Source: Cladosporium halotolerans
Lineage: Eukaryota
Direction: 5' to 3'
Length of the DNA: 64,000 bases
NCBI RefSeq assembly: GCF_011745625.1
Contig: NW_027191456.1
Coordinates: forward strand, 558,001 to 622,000
Position 1 is the first letter of the stretch. Each line of letters opens with the position of its first letter. The notes beneath the pieces are model-generated. The model saw only the letters and a list, made by a program, of their open reading frames with translations, searched no databases and was not told the origin of the DNA. Made by a program: the position numbers and the translations under genes. Positions 48,055 through 61,145 of the stretch are shown piece after piece.

Positions 48055-48420
48055 ATGGTAGCGGAGCTTGCTTCAAGATCGCTCGGTTCAGCTGTGCTTG
48101 TCCAATTACTTCGACGGTCCATAACAGCCCACCATGGTCGCTCGAAGATGGGGTCCTGCCACTATACAACCTGGTCAATGAGTCGTGGAACTTATCAGAC
48201 GGGCTTCAATCTGCTGGAAGACTTGAAAGTAAATTCTTTCGGCGGTGCCTCGAAGATTGCGAAGGCGTTTTTGCTCCTTTCATGTTGGGTATATCGAGGG
48301 AAAAGATTCTAACCACCCGTTGTGTGTCGGCACTTCCAAATAAACCACATGCGCGCACTTTTTCTTTATATCGCTAATCCAAGACCATTCGGAATCCATG
48401 CTTCGTAATTTAACGTAAAT

Positions 48421-49208
48421 CTAGTTCTTCGCCTCGGCGGCGTGGCGGTCGTGCTCGTCAATGTCGCTGTCGAACATTAGCTTCACAATCCATGGCACTT
48501 CCTTCAATTCCAACAGGAATACTCACGTAGCTTCCCACGGGTAGTTGATCCAGGCATCGCCAAGGGTAACCGCAGCGATGTAGCGACCCTGGTCCATCAT
48601 CTCCTTGGGCAGAGTGCCCTTCTTCTGCTTATCCTTGTTGTGCAGCACGAAGATGGAGAACTTTGTGTTCTCCGCCGCCCTGCCCGCCTGCTTCGCCGCG
48701 TCCGCCACATCCTTCTCCAGCTCCTTGACCGCGTACTCCAGCGTCGTCCTGGTATCGTCGACCTCGTCAACGATCAGCACGTTCTTGCCGATCAGGTTGC
48801 CCATCTCCAGACTGCTGAGGTCGAGCCACTGGGTGCGCGTGACCTTGGTGCCGGGCTTCTCAACTTCAGTGTCGGTGCCGAGCGACTCGTAGAGCGACAG
48901 GCCAATAGCCTGAATGGGAATGTTCGGGTTGCCGGGCTTCTTGAGGAACGAACGGAGAATGCGGGCAGGAACATAGCCACCGCCGCCGATGGCGATCATG
49001 AGGTTGGGCTTGCAATCCTCAAGAATGCGAGGCGCAGACTCTTGACAGAGCTTGTGCACCTATTCGATCGCATTGTAGTCAGTAAATGGCCCGCCCTGGC
49101 GGTTATTTCCCCAAAAGAGACCCCGGCAGCATGCGCACGTGGAGGGGCTTCTGGGGGTGTGGGTGCATGACTTACATCGTTGTAAGTGACGTAGACCTTC
49201 TCGACCAT
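48421..49208 (-). CDS. XPT1: Xanthine/hypoxanthine-guanine phosphoribosyltransferase, 3 exons
   Basis: MVEKVYVTYND / VHKLCQ..IAIGGGGYVPARILR..PRPP motif VLIVDEVDDTRTTL..WINYPWEA / DIDEHDRHAAEAKN*. Confidence 0.94.
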
Positions 49209-49946
49209 TTTGGCGGTGTTGGAGGTAGTGATGTGTGCTTTGGAGAAAGATAAGCGAACGCTCAAGTGCAAAGGGTTTTTGAAGCTGATCTTCTGAGACC
49301 TGGAACCTACCTCGGGAGAAAAGATAAAAGCAGTCTTGGATCTTTTTCTTGACGCATCTGCACGTGGAGGGGAAGGCGTGCGGGCCGGTCCCTGACCGCG
49401 GGAAGTGGGGGCTTATCGATAAATGTCGACAACATTCACACCACTGGTCCATGACCGACCATCTTCCGGGCTCTCAAAGCAGAAATTGAATTCGACTGGT
49501 CTGAAAGTGACAATATCAGGCTGCTTTCCTTTTTCTTTCGCGAACGACAGAGATATCTCGGATTACTAAGTTGTAGCTATTCGCGGTCTAAGACCGATCA
49601 CCACCTACGAAGCCACCACATGCTTCTTTTAACTACTTAATTTCACCGCTGGGCTGAAGCCTATTAGAATTATGATGTTGGGGTCTTGAGTGGATGGTTC
49701 AGGGTACCTCAGTCTCCGTATTCCAGCAAGACGTAAGTGCCAATTGGGTAAACAGCACACGACAATTGAACTTGGCGCGCTTTCTTTGTCATTTCCAAAG
49801 AAACCTCGTCAGACACATGAACCATCTTCTCTTTCGCCAAAGAGGCTGCCACTGCTAACATGATGTCAGCAGAGACCGTGAACATGTTGCTTTGCTCCAT
49901 ACAATCATCCCAGCCGGTGCTCTCGCGTTACAGATCGCGGAATCAC

Positions 49947-50695
49947 TCAAGCGCGATCGTATGCAAGACTCCCATGACGGCGACGCCAGGCTGCCTCTAT
50001 CAACAGTTTCCTAGTCGACTCTGACTTGTGCGGACGGTTAGATACGTTCGTGAATTCAACGTTCCAAAATGCACCTTTACCGACGTTCGTGTCAGGTAGC
50101 TGGGCAAAGAAGTTGTCGGGTATGGCAGGGGCGTTGAAGTCCCAATTCGTAATACCATCGGGGATCTCCTCGTAATTTGTAGGTGAAGGTAGTGTGGCCG
50201 CCATCAGTGACAGGGCGACAGACGATCAGTACTACGATATTGACACCGCTGTTGTTCACGAACGTGTTCGTGGCAACGGGGATCTATCGGTCGATGTGTC
50301 AGCCTCCGCGTCACGAAATGAAGGAGAAGCGGCTCACCGTGTGCTTACGAGTCTCATCTCTATATTGTGCAGGTTGGTGCTTGTGCGAGACTTTTGCCTC
50401 TCGGATCGTCGCCGTTTGTGTGCAGTCTTGAGGTAGCGGATGCCATAATATTTGGGGTATATACCGTATCCTGTAGTCAGGGTAAGGGCTTGGTGGTTGC
50501 GTTAGCATCTGTTGGCAAGTCTTTGTGTGAGTTAGTCAACGACTGAGAATCGGGGTGAGCCATGGGTGAGTTTGGTGTCAGAGACGCGTTAGGTTGGACG
50601 TGATTGTCGAATGACGAGGAGAGAGGCTTGGAGAAGACAAGGGAGAGGTAGAGGCAAGAGGCGATCACTGCAGTGCAGGAAGCGCAAACCGCCAT
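49947..50695 (-). pseudogene. Possible degenerate gene for a secreted protein
   Basis: Signal-peptide-like MAVCASCTAVIASCLYLSLVFSKP, one canonical-looking intron (GTAAGC..GCTGAC..TAG), and protein-like segments split across frames by stops. Confidence 0.25.
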
Positions 50696-53600
50696 CAATC
50701 AAGCAGTCACATGTGTCTTGAAGTTCACTAAATATCCTGAGTCCTTCATCTTGTCACATGTCTGTCTTTACTTCCTCTCAATTGCTGTGACATCTACCTT
50801 TCATACTCTGCAACAATACTTGAGTCACCCGAGGCTCTGCTAAATCCCGGTTGCTCTCACATATCGAATGATGTTATCGTTGGGAGTGCTCAGATCGCTT
50901 CTAGTTTACGAAGGTGATCAAACTTCGTGGCCGTGCATGCGTGATTGTTGACCTGCATTTATCAATGGTATATACATACGGTCGCCATTTTCGCACGCCT
51001 TTCGCACACATGGAGGGCTCGAACGCGTCGACGATTTTATCTGTACAAGAGCATGTCCACCCAGTAGCTCCAAGCTGTCGAACCAAAGCCATATCCCCAA
51101 TGGTATCTCGACGACGGTGATGGCAGGGTGGTCATTCGCCGTTCGCAGCGGCAGTCCGAAGTGCTCTTCGCCCATCTCTCTCAGTAATTGCAACCAACAT
51201 GAATATATCTTATGGTATCAGAGCATTCCGACGAGATCACGGCAAATTGTTCTTCTCAACTGTCAGGTCGATCGGTCAATAGCATCGCCATTGGATTATG
51301 ATCTTGCAACGATTGTCAGCATGAGAACACAAGCTCTATCCGTACAGTCTCAGACAATCGAACAAGGCTTCTCTTATGCTTGACGGCAACATTGGCACGA
51401 AGTGAAGTCGCTCCTCGACGTCTTCCGCCGGAAAGTCGATCGCAGCTGATGCAGGCTGCAGTCCTTGGGCAAACCCACGTGACGGCTTGGATAATCGATG
51501 CGAGCGCGAACGACGGAAGGCACGTCAATGATTCGCAAAAGCACCAACGTCACGACACACTCCCTCCTCTCCCGCCCACGCGATCAATCGCCACGTGCCA
51601 ACCCCCATCAACCATGTCAATATTGCGAAGCCCGCTACTAGCGGCTCACGAATCCGAACGATTGATCGGACATCGACTCCAGCACGCGTTCCAGGCTGAG
51701 ACACGGAGCACACACCCTCCACACATGCACATCACGACCACGAAAGCGATAGCGTCAGCCGTCATCGCGATATCAGCAATATCCGCAGCCGCAGTATCAA
51801 CTCCCCTACGCAGCAAGGAAGGCCGGTCGACCGATCAGATCATCAACCCCAAGCAAACCCGAGCCTCCCAAGCCGCGCCTCCCTGCTCCCACACACACGG
51901 CCCAGCGCAGCGCAGCGCATCGAGCAAACCGCCCCTCCATCGACACTCTCGCGCGGCTCCGCGGCATCCTCTGACGCCCACCCAAGCAAGCCCACCGCGC
52001 CAGCCGAACCTCCCGGCCGACTACTCGCACGATCGCAATCCCACAATCTACATGCCACCCAGCAGCCCAGCCGACCCATCTAGACCTCGCTCGCCATGCC
52101 GCACCCGCTAGCGCCGCAATCCAAACTACTGTACTTCATACATACTCAACGCCGCGGGCGGCGGCCGGCATGCCCTGCGACCACCACCGCCCAGCGGCGC
52201 CTCCCGCGGCGAGCGAGCCGTCAGAGGCGTCCGCTGGCCGGGCGCGTCTCCGCCGCGTGGGCGAATGGAGGGCGAGCGCGGTGCGCCGCATCGCGATCGC
52301 GAGAGCTTGAGGATGCGATGGGATGGAGCATCGGGGGAGAGTTGGGATTGGCTTTTCTGCGCGCCTGCGGTGCTCCGGGTCCGCGGACGACAGAGCGAGC
52401 GCGCGAGGGTGTGTGGCATGATGGGGATGGAGAGAGGAACGACTCCACCGGCCAGCTCCATAGTCAGGCGGTTGTTAAGCCTGGCTGGGTGGCTAGTTCT
52501 GTACACAGCAGTAATCGAAGATGGAGGCGGGCGACGGTTGGCGGGAAGGCTATAGAGCAGCGGAGTCGACGTCCGCAGAACCTCACCTCACCTCACCGCC
52601 AATCTGCAGAGTCCGTGCGGCGATCTGTAGAGGCAGGGTGGTGATGTGATATGCGCGGCGCTGACTCTCGGCCTCGCTATACCCCAGAATTATTAACCGT
52701 GAAGGGTGGGTGGTGGGCGGCTGGTCCTGCGACTACTGCTGGCTGGACTGGGAGCTACTGCAGAGATGAGTCGTCAACTGGTGACGGCACTAGCAGGCAG
52801 CGGTAATATCGATCGCGACCCGCAACGCTCAGGAGGCAGGGAGCAGCATCAAACAAGCTCGAAGAGTTTTCGGGCGATGGTTACTGCTTCGCGAAAGGAT
52901 CCTCGCTTGCACCACAGGAAGGCGAGCGATCACCAACACGAGATGCGGATTATCGAAAAGAAAGAAAAATCCTCCAACGCTCCTTTCGAACTCTCCGGTG
53001 GATCCCAAGCGAGATGAACCTCCTTCGGCGCGATGCCAGTCGCAAGTAGCCTACCGAAAGACAAGAGGCCAGCTGCCGGGCGGCCATGCGCAGGTTTGTG
53101 CAAGCCACGGCAGCGCGCGGAAGCGTAGTGTGCCTGGCACAAGGAGAGCCTCCAGCGCCCGTCGAGGCCAGCGACCGCAAGTGGACGCGAGTTGACAGTA
53201 GGGTGACGAGCTAAAGCGGAACGGGCGCCGATCCACGCATCTAAGGGCAGACGGCTCGCGCTCCTCACGCGCGCCGAAAAGAAAAAAATGGAAGACCAGT
53301 AGTACGCCGCCAGCAGAGCAAGCAAGCGGCAGGGCAGGGGAGAGCGCGTGTGCTTCACGGCAGCTTGCCTCTTGCGGTTTAGAGCGGTGCGAGTTAGTCA
53401 GGGAGGGTGGCGGCGCTGGGCACGCTTCCTTTGGCGTGGTTGCGTGGTGCGAAATTTAGACGCAGGCCCTAATAAAGCTGACGCTGTTTCTGAGATGACG
53501 GGGCCCGAGCGCGCTCGAGAAGGCATCCCTGTCGATCTAGCGCGAAGGCAGACAGAGGACAAGCAGCAGCAGCTCGCACACAAGGCCCGCCTGGATCTGG

Positions 53601-56136
53601 AGGTGCCTCTGGATCAGAGAGCTGCATGCCTGGTTGCACGCCAGGCGTGCCGCGCCCTGCCGCCTTACTTTCGCTGCTATGATGGAGCTGCTGCCGTGTG
53701 GCAGGCGCGGCAGACCATGGGTCGCAATAAATGATGATGACTATGATAATAACTCTGAACGACCGGCGGGCACACGTGATTTCGGAAGCGACCTGACTCT
53801 GGAACGATTGATTGCCCGGTCGGTGAGGAGGGTTGTCCGGTGCCGACCCTCTGTCTGAAGCGAGCCATCCGGATGCAGAGACAGGCCTCGCAAGCCCGGC
53901 GTCCAAGCGTGAGCACAACGGGGCCCGATTCGCGTGAGCACACGATTAATCTCGCTCTGCACACGAACGGCACTTGCGGCGTCGCAGGCGGATCTTCGAA
54001 GGGCGGCCACGCAGGCGTTCGATAATTTCCTGAGCTATTGCCTTCGACAGCGCTTGCCGGTGGTAAAGATTAAACGGCTGCTTCGGGCGGCCAATCACGC
54101 AAGCGAGACATCGGGGCCCGCAGATCGCATCAGACCAGCCGCCACGCAACGGCCAATAAGGCTGGTGGCAGCGCTGGGGCGGCGGGAGAGGACGAGCGCT
54201 GTGAGCCCGCAGGCTGTGGCAGATCCTGCCAAGGGCAGAGGCAGCCGCTGCGTGTCGAAGGGAAGGACGGGCACGACGGGGGCGAGCACAACTCTGCGCC
54301 GGCACCAGCGCAGGTGGGCCAATAGCGCAGGGCGAGGCCTCGTTTTTGCGGCGGCGCTAGCCCTGTGCGATGTGCTATTGCGTCTGCGACGGGAGGCGTG
54401 ACGGGCGTGACCCGCTGCGAGTCGCCGCGATGAGCAACGCAGAGGCTGCTGGCCTGAGGAGCCCGCGGCGCCGCATGGGTGTCTGCTGCGGCCTGTACCT
54501 TCGAGCTGCCTGGCGTGTCTGGGACGCTGGGTACCTCAGGCGCAAAGCCAAGTGGCAGCCTGCCGCCGATCTTTGCCCGGCCGTGGGCGTCGGCCTGTCA
54601 CAGCCCACGCCGGCGCTGACGGCGCTGCGCTAGACACACCACCACTCTTCTGGAATCCGCCAGGCAGAAGGGAAGAAAAAATCATCGCGGCGTGTCGGTC
54701 AGAGGCTGGCACGGCTGGTCACGCCCGCTGCGTGTGGTGTGCGCGCCCCATGCCAGGCCCCGGCGCGTGACGCAGAGACGCCTTCGCCCTCAGGCTGCCA
54801 CCCGCCGACTGCGCGGCGGCTTACGCTGGGCGGTGGCGACGACAGGACTCGCCTGCAGATCCTGCGACACGGCGTGCGGCGTGCGGCGTGCGGCGTAGCA
54901 GCAGGCTGCGCGCATCCGCACGCCCACACCCACACGCAACCCGCATCCGCCGTCGCACACAGACACAGGCAGCCACGCAGCGTTGCCAGGGACCGCGCCA
55001 GGCCTGCTCGAGACTGCTGCTAGGCCCGCTGGGCCAGCTGGTAGCGGCCGAGGAGGGCGTGCAGGGCCAGCTTGGGCGTGCGGCAGGCCGGGCAGGGTGG
55101 CAGCGCCGATCGAGCAACGGGGTGCGGTGGGTGCGGTGGGTGCGACTCGGCCGCGGTGCTTGCGTGCAACGGGCGCGCCGTCCAGGCGCTGAGCCATGCG
55201 AGAGGCGCACACGCCGGGATGGCATGAGGGCGCGAGGGCAGGCATGGCATGCGGGCGTGAGGCGGGCGCTGCAGGATGCTGGCAGGGCAGGATGGGATCA
55301 CGTCGGGGCGCTGAGCCACCCAATTACCACGGCCCACCCTCGCGCCAGTCCACGCAAGCTGCGCGGCCCCCGTCGGCGCTTCTGCTGCCGGCCGGCTGCG
55401 GCGTGTGCAGAGGCTAGGCCAGACGCGGTTAGCGCGACACGGAGCGCATGGGCGATGGTTTTGCCTCGCCCCGCCTCGCCTGCAGGTCGCGCACGCGCGC
55501 CGCTGTGAGGGTGGAGCCTTCGCTGGCCTGGCGCTGGCGCCCCGGGCTGCTAACGCATGTGTGAGCCGGCACCCGTGCGCGCCCATCCTAGCAAGATTAG
55601 CTCGGGCTACGTATTGGTCGTCTTGGAGGCGAGAGGACTCATTACGAACGAGGGCTTGCCACTGTGCTGGAAGCCAAACGCTGCCGCCGGTGACATACAT
55701 ACAACCGCCGCCGCAGCCTCTACGCTTGTCTTGGTTGCCAGTCGCCTCAGTCATATCATTTTGCCTCCCACCATTCCTCTTTACCACCACATCACTCGCC
55801 TTTTCGCCTTTCCGTCGACAGCCCGGTTTGCCTTTGGCTTTGACTCGCCTTGCGCCCCACTCGCCTTGGGATTATATCAACGTTTGGTCGTCGCCGCTAC
55901 CGCTGTTTGATCGCCTGCGCCAGTTGGACATTTATTTGGACCGACTGCGTATATTACCAGGCCTCTTCATTACCGGATCTTGCCGTTCACTGCAACAACT
56001 GCGATCCAGGACTTTTCTTTAATTCTCTTTACCTTCTTCGGACTTTCTTGAGTACCCTGCGGTTCATGATTGTGCCCAGAGCTTAAGAAGGCCCTTTCTC
56101 TCCTCGACCGAGGAGACCTCCTTTGACCCATCGATC

Positions 56137-57448
56137 ATGCAGACTCCTCCTGCCTCCCCCAAGCTTAGTGGGAACAATGCCGTGTCGGACCGCCGGATTG
56201 GCTTGATCCTCGGTGGCTACATCGAATTGATCAATGTTCTTGGCGTCGGAGCCTACGGCACCGTCTACCAGGCCCGCAATGTGGTGACCGGTGCTCTTTA
56301 CGCCGTCAAGGCCCTGGAGAAAGCCGGACTTGACCCCAGGCAGAGGAAGTTCCAGGAGCGTGAGATCGAGCTTCACTATCTTGCCAGTCAGCACGACAGT
56401 GTCGTTTCCATGCACAAGGTCATTGACAGCCTGGACTGCACCTTCGTCGTCCTTGAGTACTGCCCGGAAGGCGACTTGTTCTCCAAGATCACCGAGGAAG
56501 GCCACTACGTCGAGGACGACGCCAAGGCCAGGCAAGTCTTCCTGCAGATCCTCCGCGCGGTGCAGTATTGCCACGATCAGAGCATCTTCCACCGGGACCT
56601 CAAGCCGGAGAACATCCTGGTCAAGGACAATGGCTTCACTGTCAAGCTGGCTGACTTTGGACTTGCCACCCGTGACCCTCTGACCTCGGACTTTGGCTGT
56701 GGATCGACATTCTACATGTCACCTGGTATGTGTTGACCCTATCGATCGATGGCAATGACGACTTGCTAACAGCATCACAGAATGTCAAGATACGAACCCG
56801 CACCCGATGGCTTGCTACCAATCAGCAGCCAACGACGTGTGGTCCCTGGGCGTGATTCTTGTCAACCTGACATGCGGCCGCAACCCTTGGAAGCGCGCAT
56901 CTCTTGAGGACTCCACGTACAAGGCCTTCCGCAAGGACCCCAACTTCCTCAAGACCATTCTGCCCATCACCGATGAGTGCAATGACCTCTTGAGGAGGAT
57001 CTTCGACCTCAACCCGCAAACCCGGATCTCTCTCCCGGAGCTGATCAAGCGAATGGAGCGCCAGCCCAGGCTCACCCGCGCCTCCACTGAGCCCATCTCT
57101 CCTCCCTACTCTCCCCTGGTGGAACAGCCAGTGCCTCAGGATCCGCTTTTCCAAAACGTCCAGGATTGCGCTTTCGAGCCTCTCCCGGCCCCGAGGTACC
57201 CTGCTGCCCAGCACGTCTTTAACGCGCACCAGCTCCCCCCGACCCCGGTCTCCACCCCGCCGGCCTCCGTCCACTGCACGCCTCAACCAACCCTCTATAC
57301 GTCGCAAGTCCGGCCACAGGCGCCCTGCTTCCCAGCGCCCGTGGCTGCCTATGCACCCTTCCAGGCGTCTTGGAACCGCTGCGGAGCCTACTTCTCTCAG
57401 TTCGCGGCTCCGCAGTGCCACCAGCCTTACTGGACATTTGCCCACTAA
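56137..57448 (+). CDS. Ran1/Pat1-like (Sks1/Vhs1 family) Ser/Thr kinase, 2 exons
   Basis: [48 protein letters not shown] / intron ~56725-56780 / ECQ..NDVWSLGVILVNLTCGRNPWKRAS. Confidence 0.93.
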
Positions 57449-58442
57449 GGTTCCTCTCTGTTTCTCTACTTGACTTTTTCGTTCAATCCCGGCATGGCAC
57501 CTACGAGCTCACGACAAATTCCTACTTCAAAAAACCCTACCGACTTTTATTACACGGCTCTCGTATTCTGGCACACACTTTTGACTCTTTGAAGATACAA
57601 AAAGAAGTCTTTTGAGCGCAGCGTTGTTCCCATACCTGCCCCCGCCGCCGCTGATTCTTTCCTGGGGCGGAGTGGCTTGGCTTTTCGAAACTATTCTAGT
57701 TGTTTCATTGATGGATGGATGGAGATACCCCCCGAGTTGTTGACTGCTTGTTGTTGATTTTTTTTTATTCCGGCGCAGGAGGGAAAGATGGGAAAAAACC
57801 AAAAGGGCACAAAACTTGTTACATGGGGAATGCTTGTCAGAGATGGCCCCGGGCGGCGGAGAGGGAAACTTGCTTTTTCACCTTGTAGATGGACAAAATT
57901 GGGTTGGTTGCATTGATTTCTGAGAGGAGTACTCGCGGCCCTGCTGCTTGTCTCGCTTACTCTCTTGCACGACGATACTACGATTAGACGGACTCATCAT
58001 CACACAAACACTACCACTGTATCAACAACACAACTACCTGACCGCAACATTGCTGCTTACCTCTCTCTCCCTGTCAATTTCCCATTCCTCAAGCCCTCTA
58101 ATGATCATCCGCACACGCAGACTAACCCTGCTAACAACACCCACGTCTCACCCACCTGCGTCAACCACCCATTCCCAGACAACCGTTGTCGCCCGGCCCC
58201 CGTACGATTTTCTAGAAACGTCTCGTCCGCCGGTCCCGTGGTTCGCCCAAACGTCGACTAATAGCAGAGCAAGGAAGCTTCATAAATGTCTCAGAGCTTG
58301 CGGGCCTCCCACGCCTCCCTCCCAGCAACGGGTCTAAATCTGGGTTCGGAACATACAAGCGCTGCGGTAAGGCCGATCGGCCGGGTGTCTGTTGGTGGGT
58401 AGGTCATGGAGTAATACGCTCAACCCCACGCAAAGCACACAC

Positions 58443-58600
58443 GCACGTAAGGTACCTTACCTGAGGTATACCGCGCCGGTAAGTATTCCTGGAGTCCGCA
58501 ACGGCCGTTGGCCATAGCGGCGCTCCGGTATACGTTCCAACTGCAGCTGGCACTCCCTGCGGACTCCGGCTTGCCGGCCTCAGGCAGCACCTGCACGTAA
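58443..58600. repeat. Fold-back (nested inverted repeat) element flanked by 8-bp direct repeats; MITE-like or structured RNA
   Basis: GCACGTAA at 58443-58450 and 58593-58600. Paired arms CCTGAGG/CCTCAGG, CCGGTAAG/CTTGCCGG, GGAGTCCGCA/TGCGGACTCC. Confidence 0.5.
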
Positions 58601-59909
58601 CCGTATACTACTCTCACTGCCCCAACATGTAATAGAGCGGGAGAGGTAGGGAAGCGCTCGGGCCCCCCTACAGAGTATCATAGCACCGAACTGCTACACC
58701 CGCCTGCGGCGCAAAACCAAGCAGGCCCAGCCTCGCCATCACCTGCCCGCGCACCCAAGCCCATCCCATCCTCGCTGCAAGGCTGGCAGCGCCAGCGCGA
58801 GCAGCGCAAAAGCAAAAGAGCGCGCGCGCGCGCGTGTGGCTCTGCCGTCGCAGCCGGCGCCAAAAAGGCTGCACAAGCACGAGGTACAGTCTAGTCGCGG
58901 CGCTGGGGATGCAAGCCACGAAAGCGTTTCCGTGCGTCCCCCAAAGCGCGCCCAGGGCGGCCAGTCGGGGCTCTGGTCCTTGGATGACGCTGAGTTCTGG
59001 CCTTAGGTTTTCGGCGTGCGACGCGGTACGCGGTACGCGGTACTTGGGATCGCACTACGTGACTGGAGACTTTCGCTTTGGCTTGGGCCTTGGTGTCGCG
59101 TGCATGTACTGGGGCGAAGTATCCTGCGCTGCGGGGCGGGACACGCTTTTTGTTGGTGGCTTGTGGTGCCGCTGGGGAGGATTTGGGATGTTGCTAAGGT
59201 GAGGCGTGCTGGGTATGCTATGCTATGCTATGCCGTCTCAGCAGGGGGGCAAGGATTGCGATGGCGTCCAGCCTCTGTCGTTGATGGCGGGAGCAGGCGC
59301 TATCGTCATCATTATCTTATCATCTAGGCGGGCGATCGAGCAGCGCACCTCATCTTGCGAGCGTGCCTTACGGCCTAGCCGGTCAAGCCGACAATCGACA
59401 CACAGGTAAGTACATAACTACATACACACATCAATCCATCCACCCATCGAGCCCAACCCGATCTCCATCAGTCCCGATCGCCCTCTCGATCTCCCCAAAA
59501 AAAAAATCCGACACGGTAGCGCCAAACCCAGAAACCAACTCACTACTAATCAATCGCCCCCCTCCATCCACACCCACCAAGCCAAGCTCCTCACAAGCGC
59601 TGCGCGGCAATTCACTCCTTAGCCTCCTCCTCCTCCTCGCCGCCATACCTTACCATGCAAGCCATCCCCCTGCCATCACCAATCCACCTCTGCTCAGACA
59701 CGTGTCGATCGCGCCACACACCCCACTCCCACACGAAACGCAGGCCCCTCGATCCCAGCAGCGCAGCGCAGTGCAGCGCAGGGCCGCTTATCATAAGTAG
59801 CGCCGAGTATAGGCAGGCCGCTCGCTCCCTTGCCTCGACGCTATAGTACATGTACAGTAGTGCATGCATGCATGCAGGCGTGCGGAGCGGCGGCGTCAGC
59901 GTGCATGCT

Positions 59910-59926
59910 CGCGCGCGCGCGCGCGC
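59910..59926. repeat. (CG)n dinucleotide tract
   Basis: cgcgcgcgcgcgcgcgc. A similar tract lies at ~58820-58834 and (TGCA)4 at 59861-59876. Confidence 0.8.
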
Positions 59927-61145
59927 CTCGTCTTTTGTCGCTTTTTGCTTTTGCGGCGTGCGTGGCGGGCTGGCAGAGCAGGCAAGGTGCCTTAGCGAAA
60001 AGGCTAATTGGCCCTCATGAGAGAGATGAGGGTCGTGCGACGGTACGTGTTATGCTGGGAGGAGGAGGGGGGTGGCCACCGTGCTGTATGTACTGTGCCG
60101 CAAGGCACACCCTGGTGGGGTGTAGGCGGACGGGTAGGAGTCCGGGCGGTACGTTCCTGTCATACCCAGGAATGGTCCCCCGGTCCCGTCGTTGCGAGAG
60201 CTGCTGCGCCTTGGTGCGTTGCACGGCGTCTGGACGACCGGGGAGGCGATGGAAGGGGGGCGTCTTTCGATCCTGGGGGTTTTTGCCTATCTCTCTCGCA
60301 TACTTGCGCCTGCGTGCAGTGCAGGGCGTGTGCCACTGTCGGGTTCGCGTAGTCGTGACACAATAGCCTGAATCAACTCGCTGTCGGTACATGTACGTCA
60401 ACGAGAATGGGCGCTGCTCGTGTTCCACACAAACACACAGCGCGAGTCATCGACGATAGAGCACGCGGGTGGTACGGCGTCATGATAGGCAGGGATGGGG
60501 ACACAGTCAGGAAGACTCGGTTTCGAAGTTTTTCATCATTATACCCTCCCAAGTTGCGGGTTTCATCGTAAGAAAGATCTACAGTACAAGACAGCTGCGA
60601 CAGCAAGGTATAACAGGCATAATGCCGGGTTCCATGCACGCTGCGGCGATCCGTAAAGAAAGAGCCATGGTAGCGGGGCTTCGTTGTTTCTTCCCTTGCC
60701 CTTGCGACTCGCAGCGAGACAAGGGTCCGACACAAACCCCAGGAGAAAGCTGACCGTTGGGAGGAAGATCTGCCGTGAGACAATCCGTTGCCTCGCCGCA
60801 GCACCTCTCTCTCTCTCCTGGGTGACATGCACCGCCGTATGCCGTCGTATCCAAACTGCCTATCGTCGCACTAATGCCCAAGATCATCGCTCAAACCCTT
60901 CGGTTGCCCGACATGGGTCCACTTACTTGTCGCACATAAAGTCCCGTTACGCTTGAGGTTGGTGGATACAAGGGCCATAGAGGAAGCTAAGATATGGAAT
61001 GCAGGTCTCTCGAAGACGATCAGTTCAGGGATGTATAGCTGAGGTAGCGCAGAGCAATGCGGTTTTGAGCAATGACGGCGTACAGTCATCCCACGGGTGA
61101 TGCGTCGATAGACTTCCTGCGAGTGACCGCGTCGGGGACAAACTC

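Noticed and set aside
9035..49208. Purine-salvage or deaminase cluster (GUD1, TAD2, CMP deaminase, XPT1)
   Set aside because: The genes are spread over 40 kb among unrelated housekeeping genes, which fits chance.
51380..56022. Numerous 100-250 aa Arg/Ala/Pro-rich ORFs on both strands
   Set aside because: Typical of GC-rich non-coding DNA; mostly non-ATG starts and no domains.
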